A stretch of 64,000 nucleotides of DNA from Antedon mediterranea (Eukaryota; Animalia; Echinodermata). A program made the position numbers and the translations under genes. The notes under the pieces are model-generated. The model made no database searches and was not told where the DNA came from. It saw only the letters and a program-made list of their open reading frames with translations. The stretch covers positions 10,461,432-10,525,431 of the forward strand of contig NC_092679.1 of NCBI RefSeq assembly GCF_964355755.1. The letters are read 5' to 3'. Numbering within the stretch: position 1 is the first letter of the stretch; each line of letters begins with the position of its first letter. Shown here one piece after another: positions 50,400 through 63,864 of the stretch.

Positions 50400-50845
50400 G
50401 CGGGCGCTTCCCTGAGAAAATTATTCTGACAAATTATTTTTTTTTAAATTGTTCAAATTCATTCCTCTTAATTTCTCTACGATTAGATGTGGCTGTAACG
50501 TATTGAACGCGCTACTAAAGTCTACGAAAAGAGAAAGTGCTCATCAAGATACATAATGGAGAAATGTGCTCACTGCATCATCAAGCCCACGTCCTCCCCT
50601 GTATACAAACTGGAGAGGGTTGGACAATATAATCTTCCTTCGAAAGATACGCTTTAATCTTTCCAGACATTTCATTACTGTTGAAGTGAGGGCCACCGGT
50701 CTATAATCATTTAGGGTACTGATAGTCTTACCCTTCGGTAGAGGGATAACGTGAGCTCTTTTCCATAACTGTGGAATGGCCCCCGTGTATATCGATGTCT
50801 GAAAAATCGTGGTAAATACGGGTTAGTTAATCAGAACGAACAGAG
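50400..50845 (-). pseudogene. Rex1/Babar-like reverse transcriptase fragment
   Basis: IPQLWKRAHVIPLPK..LNDYRPVALTSTVMKCLERL..PLQFVYR..GLDDAV..LFVDFSSAFNT. Confidence 0.85.
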
Positions 50846-50856
50846 TTTAATTACTC

Positions 50857-52365
50857 CCCAGTGGGCACAGAACATAATTTCAATATTGAATCAACGTTAA
50901 TATTTAGTTGTGTTGAAATGATTTTAACAGCGTATTCTAAACGTTGATTCAACGTTGAAATAACATTGTCTTTCTAACTAACCTTTTACGTTTATTTATC
51001 AATGTTAATTTGAAATAATGTTACAATTTAGTTGAAATTTTTGTTTAAGATAACAACACGTTTTCAACGTTGACAAAAAGGTTGAAGTTATGTAGTGTTT
51101 TTAACCAACTAATATGTTAGTTTATCAGTGTTATTTTAACGTTAATTTAACGTTGAAATCCAGTTGACAATTTTGGTTAAAATGACAATAATTGTTCAGC
51201 GTTTAAAAAAGTTTGAAATTATGTAGTGTTTTTAACCAATCATTACGTTTGTTCATCAATCTTTTTTTAACTTTAATTTAACGTTGACAATTTTTATAAA
51301 AATGGCAACATGTTTTCAACATTGAAAAACAGTTGAAATTATGTTGTTGTTTCAACAAATGATTATGTTTGTTTATCAATGTTATTTCAACGTTAATTTA
51401 ACGTTGAAACCTTGTTGACAAGTTTGGTTAAAATGACAATATTTTTTCAACATTGAAAAAAGGTTGAAATTATGTAGTGTTTTTTACCAATCTTTACGTT
51501 TGTTTATCAATCTTATTTTACAGTTGACAATTTTGGTAAAAATGGCAACATGTTTTCAACATTGAAAAACAGTTGAAATTATGTTGTGGTTTTAACAAAT
51601 GATTAGGTTTGTTTATCAGCCTTATTTCAACGTTAATTTAACCTTAAAATCCAGTTGACATTTTTGGTTAAAATGACGACATGTTGTCAACATTGAATAA
51701 TGGTTGAAATTAATACGTTTTTTTGTCAATGTTATCTCAACATTAATTTAAAGTAATTTAATTTAAATTTAGTTAACATGACAATATGTTTTTATCATTA
51801 AATAAACGTTGAAATTATGTTGAAATTATGTAGAGCTTTTAACCAATCATTATGTTTGTTTAACAATGTTCTTTCAATGTTAATTTAACGTTAACAATTC
51901 TGGTTAAAATTACAACATGTTTTCAACATTGTAAAACATTTGAAATTATATTTTTCCTTCAACCAATTAATTCGGTTAAAATTACAACATGTTTTTATCA
52001 TTAAATAAAATTTGAAATTATGCAGTGCTTTTAACCAATTATTATTTTTGTTTATCAATATTATTTCAATGTTAATTTAACGTTGAAATGCAGTTGACAA
52101 TTTTGGTTAAAATGAAAGCATGTTTTCAACATTATAAAACAGTTGAAATTATGTTGTAGTTTTAACAAATTATTAGTATTAATATTAGGTTTGTTTATCA
52201 TTTTTATTCCTACGTTAATTTAACATTAAAATCCAGTTGGCATTTTTTATTTAAACGGCAACATGTTTTCAACATTGAATAACGGTTGAAATTGTGTTTT
52301 AAACTAATTATTACGTTTTTTTATTAACATTATTTCAACGTTAAATTAACGTTAAAATCCAGTAA
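50857..52365. repeat. Satellite-like array (~110-130-bp AACGTT-rich units, ~11 copies) starting at an EnSpm/CMC-like terminus
   Basis: Begins CCCAGTGGGCACAGAAC; repeated GTTGAAATTATGT..TTTATCAAT..AACGTTAATTTAACG; a partial complementary end TCTGTGCCCA lies near 53320. Confidence 0.8.
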
Positions 52366-53508
52366 AAAGCATCAAGAATTCATGTTATATGCACGCCCTC
52401 TATAGTGTATGCCTTAACCTGATGGGGGAAAATAATGCGATCGGCGGCAATATCCATTTTTATGACGTTGTAAATAGTGACATTAAAAAGAATTACCTCT
52501 ACCCCAAAATTGTCAAATATATGAAATTAAATGGGTTTTAAAAATGCGTTAAAAACCACCTCGCAAATGAGGATATTAAATGTTAACATCCATTTTTCAG
52601 TCTCACCGGATATACAGGTAAGTCATGTCAAATTCTTTAATTTATCCCACGCAATTTCAAACAACAGGGCTGAATAATATATATACATAGTAGGCCTAAT
52701 CATTAAAAACAGAAACAATCAAATCACATTTAACTATGATTATTATGTACTTTTAGAATAAGATTGGCAACCGATATAAACGTTTAACTCTTTTTTGAAA
52801 CCCATATTTTAAGTAGGCCTATATTACTATTCACTTCAGTCATCAAGTAATGCATTTCTATCATCAGGTAATGTTTTATTTTGTACCGGTAATTATTAAC
52901 GGCTGAAATAAAGCACCCAACCGAGAATAATAATATAATTTTAGATATTTGTCCAAACAATTTTAATTAGAATCGTTAATAACTAATTTAAGATAATTAC
53001 TTCACGTGTAAATATTGCCTACATGAAACTGATGATATTGTATTTTTTCGCTGTGTGATACCCATTATACACTTTAAATCATACCGCTCAACCTTTGGTA
53101 CACCCACGGTTTGCAACATTTAATATTTCATATTTAGTACTATTAACGAACCCTGGTTAACCACAATAAAAACCTTGCAGGCTTTTAAAAAATAAATTTA
53201 GAACAGCCTAAAATAGGCCAATCTTCCGGTGTAACATGCTGAGGTCTACATCAATATAACATGTGCGCAGCAGAAATACAAAACCGTATAGCAATTAATT
53301 TCTGTGGCGATCACAGAACTCTGTGCCCAATAAACCCCAACAAAATACTGCGGAAACAATAAGAAGGTCTATCAGTTATTCTCCATGAATAGACTGTTAT
53401 TTAAAATTATTCCAAACAATTAACTGGCAAAATTAATTGCAAATACCGGTAACAGTTTAATAATTATTATGTAAAAGAACATATATATTTCTCTTGCATA
53501 AACCATCA

Positions 53509-54110
53509 TCTAATATAAATTTACGCAAGGAAAAAATTCGGTAAATCGCGCGTTACTTCCTTACTGGTATATAAAGTTGGTTCGTACTTTCGGTACTGAT
53601 TTTAACCACCTGATGTAACCCTGTTTACTAATAAAATTGAGTTAGAAAATTAGTTATTGACAATTAAAGCGAATTTAGGTTCTATTTTAGGTTCCCCTAT
53701 TTTCCCCAACTAGTGGTGTTTTCCGATCGCGGTATACACTGTCTAATAGATGTCCATCTTGAAAAATACCCGCACACAATAATACGAGGATGCTTCGCAT
53801 TTACCTCTCCTTCTACGATCATTGTTTTTATTAGCTGAAAACTGGTTGAACAGCTCGAATACAGCATCATAATGTTGAAGACGATTTTCTTTTTAAAGAA
53901 AATACTCTTTTGATTTAGGATTTAATATACGTTTATACAAATGTATTGATTTGCGATGAATGGAACATTCCAATATAACTTTATTACTGACAATTCCACT
54001 TTGTATCCATCCTCTTCCCCCATCCCCCAACCCTAATGTTACATGCAAAACACAAATTAGGTTTGTTTAAATGAGTCCAAATCAAAAATGTGGCCTCATT
54101 TTGTGACAAG
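53509..54110 (+). mobile_element. Helitron copy, internally deleted and 3'-truncated
   Basis: Starts A|TCTAATATAAATTTACGCAAGG and aligns with 44885-45350, then 46020-46120. Confidence 0.8.
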
Positions 54111-54694
54111 TTTTTTATCATTTAATTTAATTAATGGACTAGAAACGTGAATTTGAGTACAATTTTACTTTGAAGTAAACACCATACCCTACACTCTCTT
54201 AAATATAAAAATAAATCCATATCAGGTGCTTTTGATTGATTGATTGTTATTCGTTGGTTAGTCTGGGCCAAATTTTGACTTAAAATAATGGAAAAAGAAG
54301 AAGAAGTCATTATTAATATATTTATAAGGACAATAAAATTTAGGCCTAAACGTATAATTCCAATGTTGTCGATAAACTGCGGAAATCTGCAGTTTCTTGT
54401 CTCCTTTCTCAACGCCTTTTCCCTTTTGGCAAGCTGCTTGTTTATTTTTTGTTTTTGTAATATGTATAATTGTGAAAGAGATAATTTAGAGGGTTAGGCT
54501 TAATATTTTTTTATGTGTTTTTTACATTTAAGTGACATTTATGGGCCTGGTTTCGCCTAGAGACAACAAATAGTCGGCAGTTTATTGTCTTTATTGTATA
54601 GTAGTGCGAGATAATATTCTGCATAAATGCAGTTTCGTATATGAAAATTAGGTCCATTAATCACGTTGAAATGTTAAGTTCGTTTTTGGTCTAT

Positions 54695-55504
54695 ATTTAA
54701 ACAAATCGGATTTCTCCTATTGGACATTTTTTTTTGGCACAGCACTTCTCTATTCGGGAGAAAGTTTCTCCATTCTGGATAAATCGTAGGTTTCTTTATA
54801 TTGGACAGTTTTTATATTTTGGACACTACACTTTTCCCTATTTTGGACAAATCGGATTTCTCTATATTGGACACAGCACTTCTCTATATTCTTGACAAAA
54901 ATTTCGTCATTTTGGACAAATCGGATTTCTCTATATTGAACAGTTTCTCTATTTTGGACACTGCACTTCTCTATTTTGGACAGAAATGTCCCAATTTTGG
55001 AAATCGGATTTCTCTATATTGGACAGCTTCTCTATTTTGGACACTGCACTTCTCTATTCTGGACAGAAATGTCCCCAGTTAGATCAAGACACAACTTTGC
55101 GCTGAGCTGCATTATTATTATGAGTATGTTTCCATGCGTGATCCAAAAAACGACTGGGGTAATAATGTACAGCGCATTGAGAGGTTGCTTATATGCACTA
55201 TATAATAATGAACTACAGTATTATTATTATTATTAGTGTTATTATTATTATTATTGTTGTTATTATTATTATTATTATTTTGGACAAATCGGATTATTGG
55301 ACAGTTTTGGACACAGCACTTCTCTATTCTGGACAGAAATTTCCCTATTCTGGACAAATCGGATTTCTTTATAGATGTATGGACACTTCTCTATTTTAAA
55401 CACGATATAGCGCCATCTATCGCTTTTGTCGTTATTCTGGACAAAAAAATCCCTATTTTGGACACAAATTCCTCTATTTTGGACAAAATTCACCAACCCC
55501 TCTC
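54695..55504. repeat. TGGACA-subunit element, copy 2 (interrupted)
   Basis: Same units and same terminus as 5870-6271. Confidence 0.85.
55081..55278 (+). mobile_element. L2-type 3' tail or SINE fragment with (TTA)n
   Basis: GTACAGCGCATTGAG..TGCACTATATAA followed by (TTA)n, inserted in the tandem element. Confidence 0.6.
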
Positions 55505-57380
55505 CCTTTATGCATCCCGCTATGCATGCATGCATGAATTCAGGGATCATCTAACATTCCAACCGTGATGATAAATATCTCCTTATTTGAGACGACCCTG
55601 AACAGACGTGAACACACAATTTATGTCTTATAAAATTTTTTATTTCTTTCAATAGGCCAATTTTTTACACAAAATATGAATGTAGTTTCTTTACAGTATG
55701 GTCTACTAATTTTAATTGATGTGAATTTCTAGCTCACCTTGGTCCTGTTTCTGCTGCGAAAAATTACCGTGTGAATAAATTAATCACAATTTCTTGGCAG
55801 CAGAAACAGGACAAATTTTCAATACAGTTAGGCCTAAATGGCAGTCTGAAAATAACAGTTAAAACACCCAATTAGTTCCGGGTTTAAACGCCATTTAACC
55901 GCTTATCGCTCAATTTGAGACTTGTCAATAATTCGATATACTTAAACTTTACAGTAAAGCGTATGTATTTCCTCCATGGTTATATTGCGGAACTGTTCCA
56001 TTTATTTACCTAAACAATGTATAAAATTACACCGATCATTCCGGTCGATAAGGTTAGGAAAAATAAACATTAATTGTAGGCCTATCATAATAATGTGAGA
56101 GGGAAAAGGCAGAAAAACTACATGACAGTGCAGTATTTACAATCGTCGTGTTACCTTTTGTCCTTCCAATTTTGTATGGGTAGAGGAAATGGATAATTTT
56201 AACTGCATTCCTGCAGTGATTTAAGAATTCCTGTGTTTACAGCGTTGGTATTTATTAACGATCCCATTGGCGTCAGCCTCACTTGTGTCGCGTGGCCATG
56301 TGTCACTCATCAGTTATATCATCACACACGCGCATTCGTTTCTCTGTACATTGCACTTTGTTTACACTCTTGTCTAGTGTATATATGCTTAGCATCATGT
56401 TGACAATACAATTTACGATCTACCAGTGTCTACTGCTTAGCTCATTAAATGGATGATTTGTCTGAAATTATATAGTAACTGAAAATGTAGTAAAATATTG
56501 CAACATACCTTTAAAAATGTATCTTTTATATCGAGGTTGTTGTTTTAGTCTCTGAAACATTTGCTTTACAAACACACACACAGCCACCATTGACTATATT
56601 GATTATATGTATAACCACCTATGTTCAATTAAAAAATCCAAGCGCATTGAGATAACTTGATGTCATTTAATAAAGCGATGTGTCAATGAGTCGACCGAAT
56701 AATCGTATTTTTGGGGTTAATACTCCATGGTTAAATTATATCACATTTGAATGCCGTAATATGTCAGCAATTATGATACAAATTACGGCATACCAAGCAG
56801 GACGCGGTGTATCATATTTGGATGATTAAATCACAAAGGGATGCGATGTTTGTGACGATGGTTAAACATATCACACACTTCTGGCGTTCATGGGTATAAT
56901 TGTATGGACCGTCTGCAAAATACATTTATCTAAAATGGTCAAAGGTACCGGTATTAATTATTATAATTAAATAATTCACTAAAACTGAGAGTACATTACG
57001 GTACATTTTGCATATCCGATCCATCTGACAATGCTATTACCGGTATACAATGAAGTAATGAATGTGTTTTGGAGTACGCGGTGAAAGGGGGTGTTTTATT
57101 TGACAATGCGGAGTACCAGTCCGTATATTTAAAAAAAGTATTTAAAAAAGACGTATAGGCCTAGTTGGTTAGTTGAGTTTTCTGATTACTCGATTTTTGT
57201 AATGAAAAACACGATGGAATAATTAGGAAGTAAACTTTAAAGCTCAGGTACAGGCATGAATTTTAAATATAATATTTGGTTAATTGTACATAAATCAAAT
57301 ATTTGTAACAGAAATCAAGACGAAAAAACATGAATTTCCCATAATATGGCCAAATACAAAATTTGGCTAAACTCTTCCAT

Positions 57381-58078
57381 AACAACAGCCATTAAGTCGC
57401 GTGCTACAATGCATAGTGATACCGGACCGACAGACCGACCGACAGACAGACAGACCGACAGACCGACCGACCAACCTACCAACTGACCGAAATTACTGAA
57501 CATGTTTAAAAATGTTGAAATGTTTAAAAACATTTATATTTTTTAAATGTACACGTGCGTAGCCTGTCACTTTGCTCGTATAACGTAATTTCGAGTTGAA
57601 AAGTAAGTCAAGAAGCAAAAATCTGCGCACTCATGGCAATTTTGTAAACGCTTAAAATTGCCTGAAACGTACTCTTATTTCATCGAAAACAAATTTTGAA
57701 AATTTTAAGCGCGCGTACGCATGCGTTACATGCGCTACGCACGTAATTGTATTGCCATATGATGATTTATGCCCTGAAATTTATGAGTACCAAATTTTAT
57801 TTAATTGTGATTCATGGTTGTGAAGATATGATTACAAACGTGATTTCGTTAAATCGTGCGTATACCGCGTAATTTTTTATTGCGCACCGTGAAAACATAA
57901 CCACATCGATTCCTGGCCATAAGGAATATACTGTGAAAAATTGACTTAGCTAGATTAAACTGATATCAAGATAAGGTCAGAAAGCGATAAAACGCATAGT
58001 GATACCGGACCGACAGACAGACCGACCGACAGACCGACCGACATAGTGAACTATAGAGTCGCGTCCACGCGACTAAAA
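57381..58078 (-). mobile_element. HINE family 2, near-complete ~700-bp copy
   Basis: Both ends present (CAGCCATTAAGTCGCGTG and GAGTCGCGTCCACGCGACTAAAAA) with two (GACC/GACA)n tracts. Confidence 0.85.
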
Positions 58079-58864
58079 ACCAGGAAGACTTTTTTTAGTA
58101 GTTAGGTAGTTAACCTAATGTAATACCATGTCTGGTGACTCCCTAGACGGTGAAAAAAGATGGTGGATATATGGTGGATAATTTTTGCTATAGCATGAAA
58201 ATAAAAATCTGAAGTTGAATAAAAATATCAGAAATGTAATATTCAAGTTATATTACCTATATTTAGTCATCTGATAACATTTTTTACCACACCGTTTATT
58301 TTTCATACCGGTAGCTTTTAAAATGCCTCTCTATTTACAAAATTTGTGTACAAAAGAATACAGATTTTACTGTGTAATTTGAACTATCCCCCACTGATAA
58401 GAAAGTGCTTATTTTCAACAAGCTTGTGTAACACAAATAAAATCTAAAAAATTATGAAACATAGGGGAAACTATAGATCGATAATTATTGGAATGTATGA
58501 TCAATAGAAATTTTTAATATGATTATTGTGTTACACATTGTGATGTGGGGTGTGGAATTCCACCACACCAACATTATTATTAATGATTAACACAAACAAG
58601 AGTTTGTGTTAATCATTTAATTTTAGGATTCTTAAATGCGACCATATAGTATTTTGAATATACCGGTAGGCAATGCTTTTCTTAAATAATGAAAACAGTT
58701 CAATCAAATTCAACATGATAGGGTAAACGTGATAACAAGTAACCTCAAAGGTATTTATTTTTCTTCCATTTTTCTTCTTGTGAATAATAAATTAGTAATG
58801 ATAACATTAACTACTGAACTTGTATTTCGTTTATAGTGTCTTAGTAGGTCTGTAGTATTTTATA

Positions 58865-59292
58865 TTTACCTTGATTTACCTTGATCTTGGACATCTAAAG
58901 CAATGCTTGTGTGTCCCTCCGGTATATTCTATTACATGTTCTATCATATGGGGAAAACTTTAGTGGGTGGGTGTTTCCAAAACTTTTCTAGTCGATTTTT
59001 AAATTGATTAACATTTGCAGCTTCTATTACATCCTGAGGCAAGTTGTTCCATGAGTTTGTAAAAAATGTCTGCCGTATCCTTAAGTGAGTACGAGGTTTA
59101 CTAATTTTCAAAAAGTGTCCTCTGATTCTAGATTCAGTGGTTAATCTAAAAAATCCTCATCGTTACATTTAGTGAAACCGTAGAACATTTTGAATACTTG
59201 AATCATTGCGGATCTCAATCTTCTGTATTCTAGAGTAGGAAGGTGCATTTTGGAAAGCCGTAAATCTGCTATCATTCTTGATGCACGATGAT
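58865..59292 (-). pseudogene. CR1 LINE 3' end
   Basis: LPTLEYRRLR..MIQVFK..RGHFLKI..WNNLPQDVIEAANVNQFKNRLEKFW and a short (ATCAAGGTAA)2 tail. Confidence 0.85.
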
Positions 59293-62200
59293 GAACCTAT
59301 ATGTACGTCCATCATGAGGCCTGTCATCAACCTATACACGATTTATAAGAACAAGAAAACAAGTCGAAGATCCTCGGGCAACCAACCCCACTAAAATGAA
59401 TTAAAGGAAAATGGTATTTAAAACAGAAACAATCTAGGCCTAATCATAGATAGACGAGAACAATTAGTTATTGTTATTCTTTGCACGTTGTTGTGGCACT
59501 CAGTGAGGCTTTTTCTTGTCAAATAACAAAGCAAGAAACTCCAGAAGTCAACTGTGTTTATTTGGTGGGGGTTCAGATATCGCCATTGGAAATGATTTAC
59601 ATTTTGTTAATGTTAGGCCTATGGTGTAGGCCTATACGTCCATTTCATTTCCCACAGTCCACCAAGATATCGCCATTGGAAATTATTAAAAATCACACAA
59701 CATAATAACAAAAATACATATGTAACTTGATGAAACATTAGTTTAGAGCAGATGTTTGGGTTAACTACTGATGTGCTATATGCTGCAACATTAATCTTTG
59801 TTTTGGATGGAGCAGTAGGCCTATGCATAAACATAAACATGAAGATTAATTGACTAGATTGAATAGACATCTCGCATTTTTAATAGAAAAAAACATAAAC
59901 GGGTAAATTAAATTCATTTTTTGTTTCAAATTTCAGTTTTTTTAAAGTAGGCCTAAATAATTTTTTCTGTTAGGCCTATCCAATTTTTGGTCAAACTGAG
60001 TGATTATTAGCCCTATGTGACATTAAAATGGCATATTCAACAACAAAAATGTTGGCCTAAACTTATTTTTTCAGGAGGACAATATATCTATATAGGCCTA
60101 TATAAATAAATAAATATCACTTTAAGATTAACTTATCGGCACGTAGGTGAATGTACACTAGTTTTATGTGACTCGACGATCAGCGAAGTAATGTTTCAAG
60201 CGTTTAAAAATAAATATATCAAATCCCGGGTATCAATATGAACAATTTAGAAAAATTTTACTAATCGTATGATTTTAAATAATAACTAGACTTGAATAAT
60301 AAGTTTTTGATGAATCAGTCACTACAGTATAGTGAAAGGTGCATCTAATATGACAATATCAACGCTCTTATCTTGTTTTAATGTTATGTTTCCTTAAATA
60401 GTCAGGTACTGAAGGCTAGGCTAAATGATAAATGTTCCTTCATCATATCGGTTGCTTGCACTATGTGATATGCGTACAGTAGGAAAGGGCATGGTCAACG
60501 AAGTACTGCATGTTAATACAGTAATATAGGTCTATATAAAATATAATAAATAATAATATATTAAAAGTTAAAATTATCTAAAAAATCCATCCATGCTCTA
60601 ATACATCATAACTATGCCACATTAGGCTGGATCCGCCGTAGTTTTTGTTTGTGCAACTCCCTGGTGCTAACATGTCCTTCTGCTCGCAGCATTCACTTGT
60701 AATTTGCAATTTCTAGAATTGTATTTAGTATTATATTTATTTGGGCTTCGTTTTGTTGTTCCACTAGAATTCTTTGCGTGGACTCACATTCCAATGAATG
60801 GCAATCTTTTGCCTCCCTTGTATCAATCGGTTTGCCATTAAACACGATTTGTTGATTCTTGACATGACACGCTAGTAAAACATGTTGCCCCTCCTCTCTG
60901 TGCAGCGGCACGCGACGTTACGTAAGTGAACAATAATACATAAAGAGGTATTTATATATTTGAAAGCCTTCGACACAAAACGGTCTTTAATCCGGTATTT
61001 TACTTAAGTAAATACTAACACCCATAAAAGCTGGCATATGGACAAAGCTTTGGAAAGCATCTGTCGCGTTCGATACCAATCTGTAGAACCTGTTCGCGTG
61101 CCTTTACACTCATCTATTGTCATAATCTAGCGTACCCCTGACGGGAGAACACAAACACACTCCCATTGTACACGTAATAAGGCAGGTGTTTTCTAGGCCA
61201 TTTTATAATCCATTTTTGTTTTCTTTTGCGTAAACTCGGCAGAGTAACTGGTTTCCATTCACGCTAATCGGACAAAGACAATCATCTTTTATCTCAAAAC
61301 TATTTTGTTTTAAAACTAGACAACGGTCAACGCTTCACAATCCTGACCCTAAATACTATAGGCCTACAAAACTACTTACGTGGAGTGTCATTTAGTTATA
61401 GACTACAAAATACAATTTTTGTTTAAAAGTACAAAATTAACTTTAGGCCTAGGCCTACAGGCTAATTATTTATGTAGAATATTTTCTTAAATAAAATAGA
61501 TCAAATCTTAATTACAATTATACCGGTACTTTATTTAGTTGACAAAATTTCGAGATATGACTTAGGCCTACATTTAATTATGCCGGTCTCTTACTAATTT
61601 TGAACGATGAGAGAATGAGCATTTGCACATGGCTAGTATTATTATTGCATTGCCGTTTTTAGAGCAACTAAGTAATTACGATTTTCTTCATTCCTAACGT
61701 AAGTTATTGATTTGAGAAACAAAAAGAGGGGATACGTTTAGTCATACAGCTTTGATTATCATGCTCGCTAAATAAAAAATGTAAAATTGTGCTATAATAT
61801 TCACCACATTAAACCATGACATCCGAAAATGTTTCTCCTGCAGAATCTGTGGAGGCATGTATTTATTATGGATGTTGATATCTAGGTCTATTTAAAGAAA
61901 GTATGTAGGTACATATTTAAATTTTTTTTTATTCAGACAAAATGCATGGGCAAAATATAAGCAGGTAAAATCGAATGTTTCAGTTGATTAAATTCAGTTT
62001 ATTAACAAATCACACATTAAATTTGTATTGAATGAATTAAGTGAAATACTTATTATTTAAGGGAAATGTTTAATAACTTTAGTGTGATTGATGAATACGG
62101 CCCCTGCAGTGTATGTAATCCATGCATAATTGTACTTAAAACATGTCTCTTGGTTCTTCTCCAGTGATACTATATTTGACAGGAGTGACAAATATTGGTA

Positions 62201-62451
62201 ATGATACAGTCATGTTTGTTTAAAACAATTGAAATAAACATATATAATATATACGGCAGCTGGTTATTAATCCTATGTTGCAATTTCAAGTAAGCTGATA
62301 ATCGTGTCTAATAAAGGATTAGTCCCTATTGTTTTGAGGCTAATCTTAACTGAGGGTTTTAAACTGCAGATGCCTTCATGCCTTGTTACCAGGTGCTGAG
62401 ACTTATCAAGGCTGCAGTGTAAATACCTCGTACCTATCTGCATATAGGCCT

Positions 62452-63332
62452 ACAAAAAAAGCGTCCCCTAAGATAGGGGTGTCCCAAATGAGGGGTTCTA
62501 ATTGTTGCGTTGACCCAACAAAGCGTCCCCTAAGATAGGGGTGTCCCAATGAGGGGTTCTAATTGTTGCGTTGACCCAACAAAGCGTCCCCTAAGATAGG
62601 GGTGTCCCAATGAGGGGTTCTATTGTTGCGTTGACCCAACAAAGCGTCCCCTAAGATAGGGGTGTCCCAAATGAGGGGTTCTAATTGTTGCGTTGACCCA
62701 ACAAAGCGTCCCCTAAGATAGGGGTGTCCCAATGAGGGGTTCTAATTGTTGCGTTGACCCAACAAAGCGTCCCCTAAGATAGGGGTGTCCCAATGAGGGG
62801 TTCTAATTGTTGCGTTGACCCAACAAAGCGTCCCCTAAGATAGGGGTGTCCAAATGAGGGGTTCTAATTGTTGCGTTGACCCAACAAAGCGTCCCCTAAG
62901 ATAGGGGTGTCCCAATGAGGGGTTCTAATTGTTGCGTTTACCCAACAAAGCGTCCCCTAAGATAGGGGTGTCCAAATGAGGGGTTCTAATTGTTGCGTTG
63001 ACCCAACAAAGCGTTCCCTAAGATAGGGGTGTCCCAATGAGGGGTTCTAATTGTTGCGTTGACCCAACAAAGCGTCCCCTAAGATAGGGGTGTCCCCAAC
63101 AAAGCGTCCCCAACGATAAGGGTGTCCCCAAGAAAGCGTCCCCTAAGATAGGGGTGTCCCAATGAGGGGTTCTAATTGTTGCGTTGACCCAACAAAGCGT
63201 CCCCTAAGATAGGGGTGTCCCCAACAAAGCGTCCCCTAAGATAGGGGTGTCCCAATGAGGGGTTCTAATTGTTGCGTTGACCCAACAAAGGGTCCCCTAA
63301 GATAGGGGTGTCCCAATGAGGGGTTCTAATGT
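62452..63332. repeat. Homogeneous tandem array of 60-62-bp units, ~14 copies
   Basis: Unit GCGTCCCCTAAGATAGGGGTGTCCCAATGAGGGGTTCTAATTGTTGCGTTGACCCAACAAA, with some 29-bp half units; ends GAGGGGTTCTAATG-TA. Confidence 0.97.
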
Positions 63333-63583
63333 ATGTGTATTTTCATACAAATAAAAAATACGGAACTTTCGCAAATGAGCTATGCTCGACGCGATTATGA
63401 GATCATGTGTTCTGAATATGAGCACTGTTTCTATAATTTACAGTATGATTTATATTATATAATTTACACAGTACTACGCAACACAGTTGATTTATATATA
63501 TATAGCATAGCTCATTTGCGAAAGTTCCGTATTTTTTATTTGTATGAAAATACACATACATTAGAACCCCTCATTGGGACACC
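63307..63583. repeat. Perfect 80-bp inverted repeat with a 117-bp spacer
   Basis: 63307-63386 is the exact reverse complement of 63504-63583. Confidence 0.92.
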
Positions 63584-63638
63584 AATACACCAGAAAATAT
63601 TCTACATAAATAATTAGCCTGTAGGCCTAGGCCTAAAG

Positions 63639-63680
<42 letters not shown>

Positions 63681-63744
63681 CTTATATATATATAAATAAT
63701 TAGCCTGTAGGCCTAGGCCTAAAGTTATATATATATATATATAA

Positions 63745-63864
63745 TATCTCCATTGAGATCCAGCCACTGTAGCTTTTCGCTTTTTATTTTTGTATCTCCA
63801 TTGAGATCCAGCCACTGATACCCACAGCATTGTCATTTTTTTCAGTAATTTGCCTTTGGATTTA
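63745..63864 (+). mobile_element. Penelope 3' terminus (partial tandem) within (TA)n
   Basis: TATCTCCATTGAGATCCAGCCACTG occurs twice; the second copy extends to GCCTTTGGATTTA(TA)n. Confidence 0.85.

Noticed and set aside
54801-55568. Cluster of overlapping ORFs (poly-L/I/N)
   Set aside because: They are translations of the TGGACA repeat and a (TTA)n tail.
62452-63332. CRISPR-like appearance (palindromic repeat with regular spacing)
   Set aside because: The intervening sequences are identical rather than unique spacers, no cas genes are present, and the context is eukaryotic.
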